DNA from: an uncultured virus (IMG/VR IMGVR_UViG_3300047557_000941) | Lineage: Duplodnaviria; Heunggongvirae; Uroviricota; Caudoviricetes; Crassvirales | Direction: 5' to 3' (one strand) | IMG/VR virus record: IMGVR_UViG_3300047557_000941 | Coordinates: 1-64,000 of that record | DNA: 64,000 nucleotides | In this document: positions 38,360-47,553 of the stretch, one piece after another | How the letters are laid out: every line of letters starts with the position of its first letter | Position numbering within the stretch: position 1 is the first letter of the stretch | The notes under the pieces: generated by a model | The model's database searches: none | What the model saw: the letters and a program-made list of their open reading frames with translations, nothing else | What the model was told of the DNA's origin: nothing | Program-made: the position numbers and the translations under genes

Positions 38360-38546
38360 TGTCTTGTTGTCTAGTTATGTTAAAATTATATCCAAAATAA
38401 GGTAACGTCTGATTGTCTCCGTAGCCAAGAGTCTCTAATAAGTCCTCTAGTTCTGAGTCAGACAAAGTACCGCATTGTAATGCGTAATCTATAACAAGAG
38501 CAAGAGCTTGCGTCCTCGTTATATCAATTGTTGATTTCCATCCCAT
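38352..38546 (-). CDS. Hypothetical cassette protein (MGWKSTID...)
   Basis: ATG in the repeat at 38546; ends RQQDNE. Confidence 0.6.
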   Translation of the reverse strand: MGWKSTIDITRTQALALVIDYALQCGTLSDSELEDLLETLGYGDNQTLPYFGYNFNITRQQDNE

Positions 38547-38838
38547 TGTCTTGTTGTTTATGTAAAGGTGTAGGCAACCAACCAGATACATCTATCTGAT
38601 ACTCGTGCCATAATTTTCTCCAATTGTTACCATCCCACCATCCCCAACTGATACCATTAGCACCAATGTTAATGATGTATTGACCAACTTTTGGGGGCTT
38701 GTCTGTTCTCCAATAGATGTCTTGTTGTTTAAGTATTAACATAATCTCTCTTGTTAGAGAACCTGCTGTTTTAGTACCATCAATAACCCATTTGATAATG
38801 GCATTTTCTATAGCACTATATAGTTTATCTTCAGTCAT
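38524..38838 (-). CDS. Hypothetical protein, apparent fusion of two cassettes
   Basis: Internal degenerate junction at 38716-38730 (KQQDI); second half WRTDKPP..GQY...VSGWLPTP resembles DUF551-like domains. Confidence 0.55.
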   Translation of the reverse strand: MTEDKLYSAIENAIIKWVIDGTKTAGSLTREIMLILKQQDIYWRTDKPPKVGQYIINIGANGISWGWWDGNNWRKLWHEYQIDVSGWLPTPLHKQQDNGMEINN

Positions 38839-39040
38839 TGTTTTGTGGTTTAAGCTCATATAACCTACGCTTCTTGTTGTAAGTAACGTTTTCTTTGGGT
38901 ATCATTTTTACATCTGTTATTAATATTTTGCATGGTTCTTCTAGATACCAAATGTAATCCTTGTCTGTTTCAGAAATCATTCCTGCTTCGCAGTATCTTG
39001 GGTTGATATCAGGTGACTGAAAGTATACTATATTATCCAT
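38831..39040 (-). CDS. Hypothetical cassette protein
   Basis: ATG in the repeat at 39040; ends KPQNND. Confidence 0.6.
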   Translation of the reverse strand: MDNIVYFQSPDINPRYCEAGMISETDKDYIWYLEEPCKILITDVKMIPKENVTYNKKRRLYELKPQNND

Positions 39041-39263
39041 TGTCTTGTTGTTTTGACAGAGGGACATCAATGTCCTTCTGTGAATTAAACTGTGAGTTCA
39101 TTATATTTCTTATTCTCTTTTTGTAGGCATCCTTCCTCATAGCCTTCTCTTGTTGCTTTGTGAAAGGCTCAGATCCCCAAAAGTTACCACACGATGAAAC
39201 ATGCATACCTTGAAATTCTTGCATATCTGAACCATCATCTGAATATCCTGTGTATATTGGCAT
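39033..39263 (-). CDS. Hypothetical cassette protein
   Basis: ATG in the repeat at 39263; ends KQQDNG. Confidence 0.6.
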   Translation of the reverse strand: MPIYTGYSDDGSDMQEFQGMHVSSCGNFWGSEPFTKQQEKAMRKDAYKKRIRNIMNSQFNSQKDIDVPLSKQQDNG

Positions 39264-39891
39264 TGTCTTGTGGTTTAAATTCTGTTAGGTAACTATAATC
39301 TGTCTCGTATCCTGCCTTATTCTCAATAGAATAAACCGACATATCAATTTGATAGCCTGGATTCTTATCTATTCTGTTATAAGTCCAAGCGTTATCCATC
39401 CAAATAATTCTATTGTTTGGGTAGATAAAGTAATTGCCATTGTCCATCTTGAATACATGACCACACTTATGCTCAGGTGTCTCAGAGAAGTTGGTATCTA
39501 ACATACTTCTGTTCTCAAATGCCCAGTCCAATGTAAACAAGTACGTGCCTTGTCTCTTGATCCCTGAGATGGACAGCAAATCTGCTCTCAGTCCTGACAT
39601 TCTTGCTCTTACCTGAACATCTACGTATGAACTAAAGCAGTCCCAATACATGTACTCAGTCAGTGGTAGCTCCTCTGCATCTTTTCTCCAACAGAATGCG
39701 TGAATAGGTCTACGTGTCCAGTTGACTCCGTTCTCCAAGAATGCCTCAAACAAAGGCGTTCTCTTCTCTATTGATGCGACCGAGTGAACGTCACACAATG
39801 TGTGCTCTCCATGTCCTTTGGTATGGTTAAACAAGAACTCATTTCTAATGAAGCAAGTTAGTGTTGGGATATTATGATTTAAGTATGGCAT
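39235..39891 (-). CDS. Conserved-looking phage hypothetical protein (MPYLNHNIP...EHKCGH...YPNNRI)
   Basis: 218-aa ORF; function not recognised. Confidence 0.7.
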   Translation of the reverse strand: MPYLNHNIPTLTCFIRNEFLFNHTKGHGEHTLCDVHSVASIEKRTPLFEAFLENGVNWTRRPIHAFCWRKDAEELPLTEYMYWDCFSSYVDVQVRARMSGLRADLLSISGIKRQGTYLFTLDWAFENRSMLDTNFSETPEHKCGHVFKMDNGNYFIYPNNRIIWMDNAWTYNRIDKNPGYQIDMSVYSIENKAGYETDYSYLTEFKPQDNANIHRIFR

Positions 39892-39892
39892 G

Positions 39893-40291
39893 TTAGTCTA
39901 TGTTATGATATTTTGGTTCTGGTTTGCGATTTGCATCCCAAAAGGCTTGCCTATCTTTAATCGCTTTCTTTCTTGCTTCAATAACATCTTTAGCTTTATC
40001 AAATGAATCTACGTAATTACTTGAATCTAATGGGTGATCTAAAGTATGATGAGATAATGGACAGCTACTATGAATATCTCTATACCAAGTATCTCCTACT
40101 AATTTTACCTGAGCAACAAATCCATTATAGTTTTCTTGTATCCTATATTTTTCTTTGTTTTTTGTTATTTTATCGTACAATTTTTCAAACATTTCTAGTT
40201 TCATTTCTTCTATTTGTTTTAGGTTTTCATAATGTAATGGTATTCCAATAATAGCCATTTCAATTCGACCTAGTCTTTCTGAATCATTCAT
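39893..40291 (-). CDS. Hypothetical protein
   Basis: 132-aa ORF in operon. Confidence 0.55.
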   Translation of the reverse strand: MNDSERLGRIEMAIIGIPLHYENLKQIEEMKLEMFEKLYDKITKNKEKYRIQENYNGFVAQVKLVGDTWYRDIHSSCPLSHHTLDHPLDSSNYVDSFDKAKDVIEARKKAIKDRQAFWDANRKPEPKYHNID

Positions 40292-40437
40292 TTATTATAA
40301 GATTTAATACTATAAAGTTGTTGAATTTCTTTAATGAACTTTTGCAATTCTCTTACGTCTCTCTGTTCTTTGATGACCTCAATGTTATCTTTATTTATTT
40401 TATACCACTGCTTCTTCATCTTTTTAAGTATGCTCAT
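40288..40437 (-). CDS. Small basic hypothetical protein (49 aa)
   Basis: Hand-translated MSILKKMKKQWYK...; start and stop coupled to both neighbours. Confidence 0.5.
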   Translation of the reverse strand: MSILKKMKKQWYKINKDNIEVIKEQRDVRELQKFIKEIQQLYSIKSYNK

Positions 40438-42815
40438 TATAATAGTTCTAATTGTTTATCTTCTTTTAATGGGAACACCATCCACTTCCCTGCACCATCA
40501 CGACCCTCTACAGGGTTGCTTCCTGTCATATGCAAGCAGTAGGTACGTAGCCACGAATTAAATCGTTGCTTAGATAGCATACGGAACATGCCGTTGTTAT
40601 CCGCTATGAACTTATCGAACACATCATCAGGTCTGAATCGCTGATTCATCGGTATGAATGATGGCCCAAACTCGTGAGCCCACTCAGCAAACTCAGCGTT
40701 AGTCTCTGCCCTGAACTTGCGTTCTTTAAGGTTCACAAAGTTACATTTAACTAGACCAGTATTCAGGTACCCTTGCAATACTTTGATCATATAGTTGTCG
40801 AACGCACACCAATCATCTTGGCTCCAATCATTGAACAACAATCGACCAAACTCATCCTGAGGTGTGAAGTCTTTAGAATAGAATTGCTTGAACTCCATCT
40901 CCCACTTACGCCTCTCAAATGAGTTACCTTTACCTTGGATAGCATAGTTAGTAGTGATGACAACCTTTGGTGACTTATGGAATGGAATCTTAATTGCATC
41001 CTTGTTCTTACGCTCAACCGTGATACCCTCAGTAACCACAGAGAATAAACGCTCAAAGTCAAAGTTCTTCTTCACATCATCAAACACCAACACCTGCGTG
41101 TCTGTGCTAACTAACTGATAAGCAAAAGACTTATCAAATGAGAATGATTTACCATCAATGGTGACTGCCTTCTTCATGCGACTTATGCCGTTCATAAATA
41201 GACCCTTACCAGTACCTCCCTCAGGATTCTCCGATATCACCTCATCATTAATGATTACCGCAGGGCAGTAGCCACCATTCTTAAATGCATGAAGGATGAA
41301 GCCAATGGTTGACTCGATGGATGCCACACGTTGGTCATCATTGCCACCGATGTTGCGAATGAATGTTTTGTAATCACACTCATCTGCAGGACAGAATATG
41401 AAGTCACGTTGGATAACTTGGTCTGACCAAACGTAGCCACCTAAGTCCTCATAGTTTAATAGGACAGTTTGATTCTTAGTCACCTTGACCACACCATTCT
41501 TGAAGTATAGGTACGCCTCATCCTTTGTGTCCTCTACAAAGTAGATGTTGACCGAGTCAAGCATAGACAAGAAGTCCTCCCTGAAGAAGCGAGTCTTGTC
41601 AGCAAAGTAATTATATACGCTTAGGTCCTGGAAGTTATTAAGGATATGGTTTAACACAAAGTCCTTGATGTCATCCTCAGTACACATCTCAATTAAGTTT
41701 TGATTAATACGTACAAAGATGAAACCCTTGTTACCCTCAGGTACATACTTGCGATACCCATTGTTTTCTAAGAATGTCTTTAGTTCGTAGTGTATCAATG
41801 TCACCACACCCTTGTCACTCTTAGTCCAGAATGTATTCTTGCTTTGCTCCTCCTCGATTCTAGTTAGTACTGAATCAATCGTTCCGTCCTCCACTCCGGA
41901 GGCTTTCAATTGAGAACGGATGTCTTTTTTTGGCACGCCACGGCTAAGTTGATTCTTTGCAAAGTCAACACGTGATGTATCCTCAAAGTACTTGGTAGCA
42001 TACTTGTCTGTATGACGATAAGCTGAGTCAATGATACCCTGAATCTCCTTGGTTGTAAAGTCTTCCGATGCGAACGCCATCATACGATACATCGCCTCAG
42101 ACTTAGATACGCCATACTCGTTGAACGCCATAGCAAGCACGAACAAATTATTGTTGCGTGCACCTGACACGAAGCCAAACTTATTGTCCCACCATTTAGC
42201 AAGTCTATTAATGATTTCGTTCTCATCATCGATAGGGATGGTTGGTCTCATGTCTTTAGTCACGTGCTCAATCTCTGCATCATCCACCTTGTTCCACTCA
42301 ATAGAGTTTACATTAACAAAGATGGTCGGATCGTATGACTCGTAGCACACACGTGACACATTCTTGGATGTCTTATCAAACTGCTCGCAGTTATAGTAAG
42401 CCTCCAGTGCATTGAAGAATGACTTGTGCTTGCTTGCATCCTTTGGTATCTTAACCAATACCTTCAGGCCATTACCTGATGGTGATATAAAAACTGAAAA
42501 CGTATAAGGGTCATTAGCCAGTTCATCTTTCTTGGCTAGTATCTCATCACTTGATGGGAAGTTATCGAAGTCTAAACATATCAGACCACTATGCTCCATA
42601 AGAGCCGAGTCTTCACGCTTAGAGAACGTACCTGAGAAACATATCGCAGGCAACTCTTGCTTGAGCTTGTTACGTAGCTCCTTATCTTTCTCCAATCTAA
42701 TCTTGCGGACAATGTCTTTGGACTTACCCTCCTTGACTCTTGAGAGTATAGCCAAGACATCCCGGTAGAATGGGACAGATGTCTCTTTTATGTTAGAAAA
42801 AATAGTTACTTGCAT
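40437..42815 (-). CDS. Primase-helicase (VirE-N/BT4734-like N-terminus, PriCT-like, P-loop NTPase)
   Basis: KQELPAICFSGTF, GLICLDFD, FISPSGNGLK, SRVCYESYDP, GARNNNLF, Walker A GGTGKG, VFDDV, ITTNY. Confidence 0.85.
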   Translation of the reverse strand: MQVTIFSNIKETSVPFYRDVLAILSRVKEGKSKDIVRKIRLEKDKELRNKLKQELPAICFSGTFSKREDSALMEHSGLICLDFDNFPSSDEILAKKDELANDPYTFSVFISPSGNGLKVLVKIPKDASKHKSFFNALEAYYNCEQFDKTSKNVSRVCYESYDPTIFVNVNSIEWNKVDDAEIEHVTKDMRPTIPIDDENEIINRLAKWWDNKFGFVSGARNNNLFVLAMAFNEYGVSKSEAMYRMMAFASEDFTTKEIQGIIDSAYRHTDKYATKYFEDTSRVDFAKNQLSRGVPKKDIRSQLKASGVEDGTIDSVLTRIEEEQSKNTFWTKSDKGVVTLIHYELKTFLENNGYRKYVPEGNKGFIFVRINQNLIEMCTEDDIKDFVLNHILNNFQDLSVYNYFADKTRFFREDFLSMLDSVNIYFVEDTKDEAYLYFKNGVVKVTKNQTVLLNYEDLGGYVWSDQVIQRDFIFCPADECDYKTFIRNIGGNDDQRVASIESTIGFILHAFKNGGYCPAVIINDEVISENPEGGTGKGLFMNGISRMKKAVTIDGKSFSFDKSFAYQLVSTDTQVLVFDDVKKNFDFERLFSVVTEGITVERKNKDAIKIPFHKSPKVVITTNYAIQGKGNSFERRKWEMEFKQFYSKDFTPQDEFGRLLFNDWSQDDWCAFDNYMIKVLQGYLNTGLVKCNFVNLKERKFRAETNAEFAEWAHEFGPSFIPMNQRFRPDDVFDKFIADNNGMFRMLSKQRFNSWLRTYCLHMTGSNPVEGRDGAGKWMVFPLKEDKQLELL

Positions 42816-43105
42816 TTGCGTACTGGTGGTTCGAAGTTTATAGCTAAATATTCTCTGTATTTAAGGTCGCTGCCATCATTAGACCAATCCTTATAAATCG
42901 AATCCCAATTAGGTTCTAACCTTTCAGCGGTAAATCCTTGCAATGCGTATTCAGTAAATGAAAGAATTCGAGAACCTTCACCTCTATACCAAAGAGATAT
43001 ATCATCAAAAAAAACATATACGTAATCATCTGTTGCTACTCTTCCAACTTCCCCCCAACCATATCTTATATCGAATACTTTATCACCTGCTTTAAATCTT
43101 TCCAT
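42806..43105 (-). CDS. Hypothetical protein, paralogue of 44751..45146
   Basis: FKAGDKVF...WGEV...LSFTEYALQGF. Confidence 0.65.
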   Translation of the reverse strand: MERFKAGDKVFDIRYGWGEVGRVATDDYVYVFFDDISLWYRGEGSRILSFTEYALQGFTAERLEPNWDSIYKDWSNDGSDLKYREYLAINFEPPVRKCK

Positions 43106-43117
43106 GTCGTTTTAAGT

Positions 43118-43323
43118 TAAAGTTTACATTTGTACACGAAAAAGTGTACACTTTTTTTTAAAGTTTACATTTATAACTTACTGATTTATAATAAGTTATA
43201 TTTATTACTCTTTGATTATGTACAAAGTGAACAAAATATATAAGAAAAGAGAAAAAAATAATTTATCTAAAAAGAAAAAATATATATTCATCTAAGTCCC
43301 ACATATTTTGTTCATTTGTACAC
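43118..43323. other. Putative replication origin, copy 1
   Basis: Non-coding AT-rich tract with TGTACA/TTTACA/TGAACA repeats upstream of the primase operon; homologous to 52640..52905. Confidence 0.55.
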
Positions 43324-43351
43324 TAGAACGGTAGTTTAGAAAACTTCCATT

Positions 43352-43660
43352 TTAAAAAGGAAGGTCTTGTTCTTCCACCGTTGGAGTTGGTGCAGGAGCT
43401 GGAGCAGGTGCACTTTGCTTGGCCGTAGAGCCACCATCAGATGACCATACTAGCTTTGCATTACCTAAGTAAACTTTAGGGGCTTTAGCCTCACGTTCTT
43501 CTTGTGTTTGAGACTCATAAATACTAGCAGTGTTACCATACTGGTCTGCCTCGTCATTAATCGAGATAGTTACATTTGCGTAAGTACCTTTCTTACCTTC
43601 CACTAATTTAGATTTAGTGATTTTTTTTACATCTAATGATGCTGAAAATAATTGTGCCAT
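43352..43660 (-). CDS. Single-stranded DNA-binding protein-like
   Basis: Small beta-rich core, Pro/Ala linker and acidic EEQDLPF tail. Confidence 0.7.
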   Translation of the reverse strand: MAQLFSASLDVKKITKSKLVEGKKGTYANVTISINDEADQYGNTASIYESQTQEEREAKAPKVYLGNAKLVWSSDGGSTAKQSAPAPAPAPTPTVEEQDLPF

Positions 43661-43674
43661 AATTTATTGTTTGT

Positions 43675-43875
43675 TTAATTGTTTACTATTTTAACTATTG
43701 CTGTTTTTTTTAACGGAAAGGATGCGACTAATGGATTCATTGTCATATGAATATATGTTTCTTTCCCTGTAAAAAATGAAAGTCTATTTCCTTCATAATG
43801 CTCCACGAAATAATCTGCATCAATGGAATAGATATCTTTTTTATATAAAAGAGTATATGTTTTTTTAGGTGTCAT
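43675..43875 (-). CDS. Hypothetical protein
   Basis: 66-aa ORF. Confidence 0.5.
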   Translation of the reverse strand: MTPKKTYTLLYKKDIYSIDADYFVEHYEGNRLSFFTGKETYIHMTMNPLVASFPLKKTAIVKIVNN

Positions 43876-44030
43876 ATGTTTGTTTTATTTAATTCACTTA
43901 ACCGAAGATTTGCACTTTCATATGTATTCCACCTTTCATAAAATACATCAATAAACCAAAAAAATCTAATGTAAATATTGTAGTAAATCTCACCAAACAT
44001 TATTTGTTCCTTTATGATAAATTTTATCAT
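43872..44030 (-). CDS. Hypothetical protein (52 aa, MIKFIIKEQIMFGEIYY...)
   Basis: Hand-translated; ATGA overlaps at both ends. Confidence 0.5.
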   Translation of the reverse strand: MIKFIIKEQIMFGEIYYNIYIRFFWFIDVFYERWNTYESANLRLSELNKTNI

Positions 44031-44761
44031 AGCGTTTCTAATTTAAAATACTGAGTAATGTCATCGGTCGCATTTGGCCCGAAGAACTTTTGGTACACCT
44101 CGATGGCCTTGTAGACCTTCTCTCTGCCACGATCTAAGAACTCATCTGAGCATTCAAACAAGCCCGTACGACAGCTATCTTTCTCTACTGCGATAAACAC
44201 CATAGGCTTACCGAATAATTGGTTGTAGATGTAAGCCTGCGAGTCGTAGTTATACTTACGTGCAGAGAATTTAAAGTCATCAAGGTTAGCAGTGGTCTTT
44301 AGGTCAATAAGAATCTCATCACCTACAATATCCGACTTACCTTTCCATTGTACGCCACCAATCTCACCGATTGCCGGAACCTCGTACGCATTAGCTGAGT
44401 CACGGATCATATCGTAAAACGTTAGGTTTCCCATCAATGCCTTAGCCATGCGTTCACAATCATCAACTTCTTTCTGAAGTAATAACATGTCAGCACCTGA
44501 GGAGGCTAACGCATCTTTGTACAAGTTAGTCGTACGTGTCGATGCCTCCACTGCCATAAAGTTCTTTAACTTCTCAGGCTCAAGGATGAACGTGTGAAAG
44601 TAAGACCCTGCAAGCATAGCAGGAGTCTTTTCTTTCGGCACACCATACTGCGTAGGGTTGTACAATAGAGCTCCGATGTCTGAGTTAGATAGGTACTGCT
44701 TACCAATTCCAGAATAGTATTCTGAATCGTTTTTCAATGTTTCTAAGATGTTATTTCTCAT
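44027..44761 (-). CDS. PD-(D/E)XK exonuclease, RecE/ExoVIII-like
   Basis: LSNSDI, GSYFHTFILEP, KGKSD, IDLKTT, YDSQAYIY, FIAVEK. Confidence 0.85.
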   Translation of the reverse strand: MRNNILETLKNDSEYYSGIGKQYLSNSDIGALLYNPTQYGVPKEKTPAMLAGSYFHTFILEPEKLKNFMAVEASTRTTNLYKDALASSGADMLLLQKEVDDCERMAKALMGNLTFYDMIRDSANAYEVPAIGEIGGVQWKGKSDIVGDEILIDLKTTANLDDFKFSARKYNYDSQAYIYNQLFGKPMVFIAVEKDSCRTGLFECSDEFLDRGREKVYKAIEVYQKFFGPNATDDITQYFKLETL

Positions 44762-45146
44762 TTGCGTATGGATTTTCAGTTGTTATTTGTTTTAAAATAT
44801 ATGCACTTCTTGAATTATCACTTGATAAATGATATAAACCATCATCTGATTTATGTGAAAAATGATATATGTGCCAATTTTGATAATCTTTATCTCTTCC
44901 CCATACAATCTGACCTTTCTTAGGTAATTCTTCAGGTCGCTCTTGGCTGAATCCTTCAAGTGTATATTCGGTAAAAGATAGCAGAAATGCATCTTTAAGA
45001 TTTTGAAAATAATTTTGACTACTATTATCAAATTTAACTTCTACATAAAAATCACCTGAATTATTTATTTTATAATCATTTGTGACGGTTCCCCATTTAT
45101 ATAAATAATGAAACACCTTATCTCCTTTTTTAAATACATTCTCCAT
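44751..45146 (-). CDS. Hypothetical protein, paralogue of 42806..43105
   Basis: FKKGDKVF...WGTV...LSFTEYTLEGFSQERP. Confidence 0.65.
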   Translation of the reverse strand: MENVFKKGDKVFHYLYKWGTVTNDYKINNSGDFYVEVKFDNSSQNYFQNLKDAFLLSFTEYTLEGFSQERPEELPKKGQIVWGRDKDYQNWHIYHFSHKSDDGLYHLSSDNSRSAYILKQITTENPYANEK

Positions 45147-45739
45147 TACTTCTTAAGTTTATTGATTGCTGACTTGACTTGATCTGATAACTCATACTTC
45201 TTGGATAAGTTCTTGAACACATCCTCAGACTTTAGCCCTATGTTATCGACAACATAGTTGACTACTTTCTCCCAGTTCGCATCCCCTACCACAAGAGCAA
45301 TCTTGCCTGCAGGTTTAGCCACCACCTTAGCAGGAGTGCCATCGGTTGCCTCAGGGAAATCTTCTTTGGCATAGATGTTAAGAGCCAAGCCGTGTAATGC
45401 CAACGCCTTAACCGTGGAACGCTGAATAGTTTTGTTCACATCGAACGATGTAAGACTAGCTAGTGGGATAGACTTGTTCATGTGATTCATTACTGGTAGA
45501 TAGTCAATGTACTCCAAGCCATTGATGGTAACACCAACCTTGACCCAAGCCGTAGCCCCATCTGAAAAGTAATTCATCCCAGTCTCTGATTCGTACACCG
45601 TACGTGTCATGTCAGGGAATAATTTCTTGCATTCTGCCCAAGCAGTAGCCCAAGAAAGGTAAGATAATTGACCCCTCTTCTCGACTTTGGATGAGAGGTT
45701 GAGAGCAGATAACTGCTCGAACACTGATTTGTTAGACAT
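45146..45739 (-). CDS. Sak (Rad52-like) single-strand annealing protein
   Basis: LSYLSWATAW, VKVGVTI, LPVMNHMNK, NKTIQRSTVKALALHGL.L.IYAKED. Confidence 0.85.
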   Translation of the reverse strand: MSNKSVFEQLSALNLSSKVEKRGQLSYLSWATAWAECKKLFPDMTRTVYESETGMNYFSDGATAWVKVGVTINGLEYIDYLPVMNHMNKSIPLASLTSFDVNKTIQRSTVKALALHGLALNIYAKEDFPEATDGTPAKVVAKPAGKIALVVGDANWEKVVNYVVDNIGLKSEDVFKNLSKKYELSDQVKSAINKLKK

Positions 45740-45798
45740 ATTAGATTAAGTTAAAGTGAGCGACAAAGATAAAATTAAAATTGATATTTACAAAAAAA

Positions 45799-46299
45799 TT
45801 ATTTCTCAAAAAGTTCTTTTAATAAGATAACTCTATTCTCTAAATCAAATAAATCACCTGAATTAGGTATAATAATATGTGACTTTCGTAATATATTGAT
45901 ATCAAAAGAATCCAAAGGTTCATCTTGTTTGCGTGGGTCGTACACTCCAATAACTAAATCAAATATGCCATCACGTAAGCAAGCATCTAGTTCTTTATCA
46001 CTACGCATACCAGTATAAATTTGGTTGTGATTCATGATATCTTTAGCTAGTTGACCGGGATAGTCTTTGTTGTATTCGCAAATCATGTCGAACCATTCAG
46101 CTCTATGATTTACCCTGTCCTCAAAACATTCTTCCTCGGTTTTGTATCCATACTTTTCCTTTAAAGCATCAAATAAAAACAATCTTGATGCAGCTTGCGA
46201 ACTACTCTCACTTTTGTACCCATAATGCTTGTTAATAAACTCAGCAACAGTGTCTTTCCCATGCCTTGCATGACCGATAATGCAAATTTTCTTTTTCAT
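45799..46299 (-). CDS. dNMP kinase-like P-loop protein
   Basis: IIGHARHGKDTVA, TGMR..E, IIPNSG. Confidence 0.75.
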   Translation of the reverse strand: MKKKICIIGHARHGKDTVAEFINKHYGYKSESSSQAASRLFLFDALKEKYGYKTEEECFEDRVNHRAEWFDMICEYNKDYPGQLAKDIMNHNQIYTGMRSDKELDACLRDGIFDLVIGVYDPRKQDEPLDSFDINILRKSHIIIPNSGDLFDLENRVILLKELFEK

Positions 46300-46559
46300 A
46301 ATGATTTAGATAAATTTAAAATGTATTCTTCTTGTTCATAAGATAATCTAAGGTAGTTTAAGTTAATCTTTTCAATTGCATCCTCAAATTCAATTTCCCT
46401 GACACTTAACTTATGAGTATCTCTAAAAATACCATTAGGTATGTTATACCCTTTATCTCTAATTTCTTCAAGCAATTCTTTAATTTCGCTATCTGAACAT
46501 TCTCTTACGTACTCCCACGGAGAGATATCTATTTCAACATCGTGATTAAATTCTGGCAT
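46296..46559 (-). CDS. Hypothetical protein
   Basis: ATG inside a copy of the junction repeat (46557-46572). Confidence 0.6.
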   Translation of the reverse strand: MPEFNHDVEIDISPWEYVRECSDSEIKELLEEIRDKGYNIPNGIFRDTHKLSVREIEFEDAIEKINLNYLRLSYEQEEYILNLSKSL

Positions 46560-46570
46560 TGTTTTGTTGT

Positions 46571-46762
46571 TTAAAATGTTAAGTAATTAATTTTTTCTTC
46601 TAAAACTTTTACTACTCCATTGTGCATCTGATCTATTAAACCAAATACTAATGCTACTTCTTTTTTATTTAATGCTACTTGATGATATGTATCATCCTTA
46701 GTTTTTATAATAATAACTAGACTATCTGCCTTGTATTCTTTTTCTGATTCTTCTTGTGTCAT
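46571..46762 (-). CDS. Hypothetical protein
   Basis: 63-aa coupled ORF. Confidence 0.55.
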   Translation of the reverse strand: MTQEESEKEYKADSLVIIIKTKDDTYHQVALNKKEVALVFGLIDQMHNGVVKVLEEKINYLTF

Positions 46763-47037
46763 ACTAAATATCTGTCTATTGCGTTAGTTAATTGCTCGTA
46801 ATTTAAAGCACTCGCTATCTTAATGTTAAAGTAGCGTTGTTGCTCCAACCAGTGCTCAGGCAGAGCATCGAATTGGATGAGTAGGTAGTGGTAATCGCCT
46901 GATGCTTTAAGCACCAATAAATTCTTACCACCTACCACACTTGCGTACCGCAACCCTCTCTCCCGAAGGTGTCTGCGTGTCTTGGACAATAGTCCATCAG
47001 GCGTAATCTTGCGTCCCATTTCTTGGTACTGGCACAT
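46759..47037 (-). CDS. Hypothetical protein
   Basis: ORF track; start uncertain. Confidence 0.5.
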   Translation of the reverse strand: MCQYQEMGRKITPDGLLSKTRRHLRERGLRYASVVGGKNLLVLKASGDYHYLLIQFDALPEHWLEQQRYFNIKIASALNYEQLTNAIDRYLV

Positions 47038-47281
47038 GACCAGATTTAATTAAGCGTCTCTTCTTATAGTCAATGTATTTGTAAAAACTGAAGTGACCTA
47101 ATTTGTGACGTTGCAATAACATACGCTTGTCACACACATCGCAGGTAGTGTGCATCGTTGTCTTGTTACCTGAGCGTTCAAATATCTTACGTAAGACATT
47201 CACATCGTGCTCGTGCCCACACCATGGGCATGCCGTATTGGATTCCTCGTATCCTTCTCGGGATCTAGCTATTCTTTGCAT
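46997..47281 (-). CDS. Zinc-ribbon protein
   Basis: CPWC...CDVC. Confidence 0.6.
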   Translation of the reverse strand: MQRIARSREGYEESNTACPWCGHEHDVNVLRKIFERSGNKTTMHTTCDVCDKRMLLQRHKLGHFSFYKYIDYKKRRLIKSGHVPVPRNGTQDYA

Positions 47282-47553
47282 ACAACTTTTCTTTCTATTT
47301 TCTTTTCTCTGAATTCAATATGTTTCTTTGCTACTTCAATAGATTTGAATCTTGTCCCTTCGGTAGATCCGTATACTCTATAAAATTGAACTGCATACCA
47401 TCTTTTAAATGTCATCCATAAAAATTTTTCTATTACTAATTCTTGCACATGATAAGTTGATTCATATTCAATTTCGGGTACAAAATTTGCAATTCCCTGT
47501 GTGTTTTGGGATAACACTGGTACTTTGGTTTCTATTATTCTATATCTTTCCAT
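47269..47553 (-). CDS. Hypothetical protein (MERYRIIET...)
   Basis: Internal ATG of track ORF 47269..47601. Confidence 0.5.
   Translation of the reverse strand: MERYRIIETKVPVLSQNTQGIANFVPEIEYESTYHVQELVIEKFLWMTFKRWYAVQFYRVYGSTEGTRFKSIEVAKKHIEFREKKIERKVVCKE

Larger units (their letters stand above)
38131..39276 (-). repeat. Seven copies of a 16-nt junction AAAC(A/C)ACAA(G/A)ACAATG delimiting small genes
   Basis: Copies at 38131, 38357, 38544, 38716 (variant), 38836, 39038 and 39261; an outlier at 46557. Confidence 0.85.
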
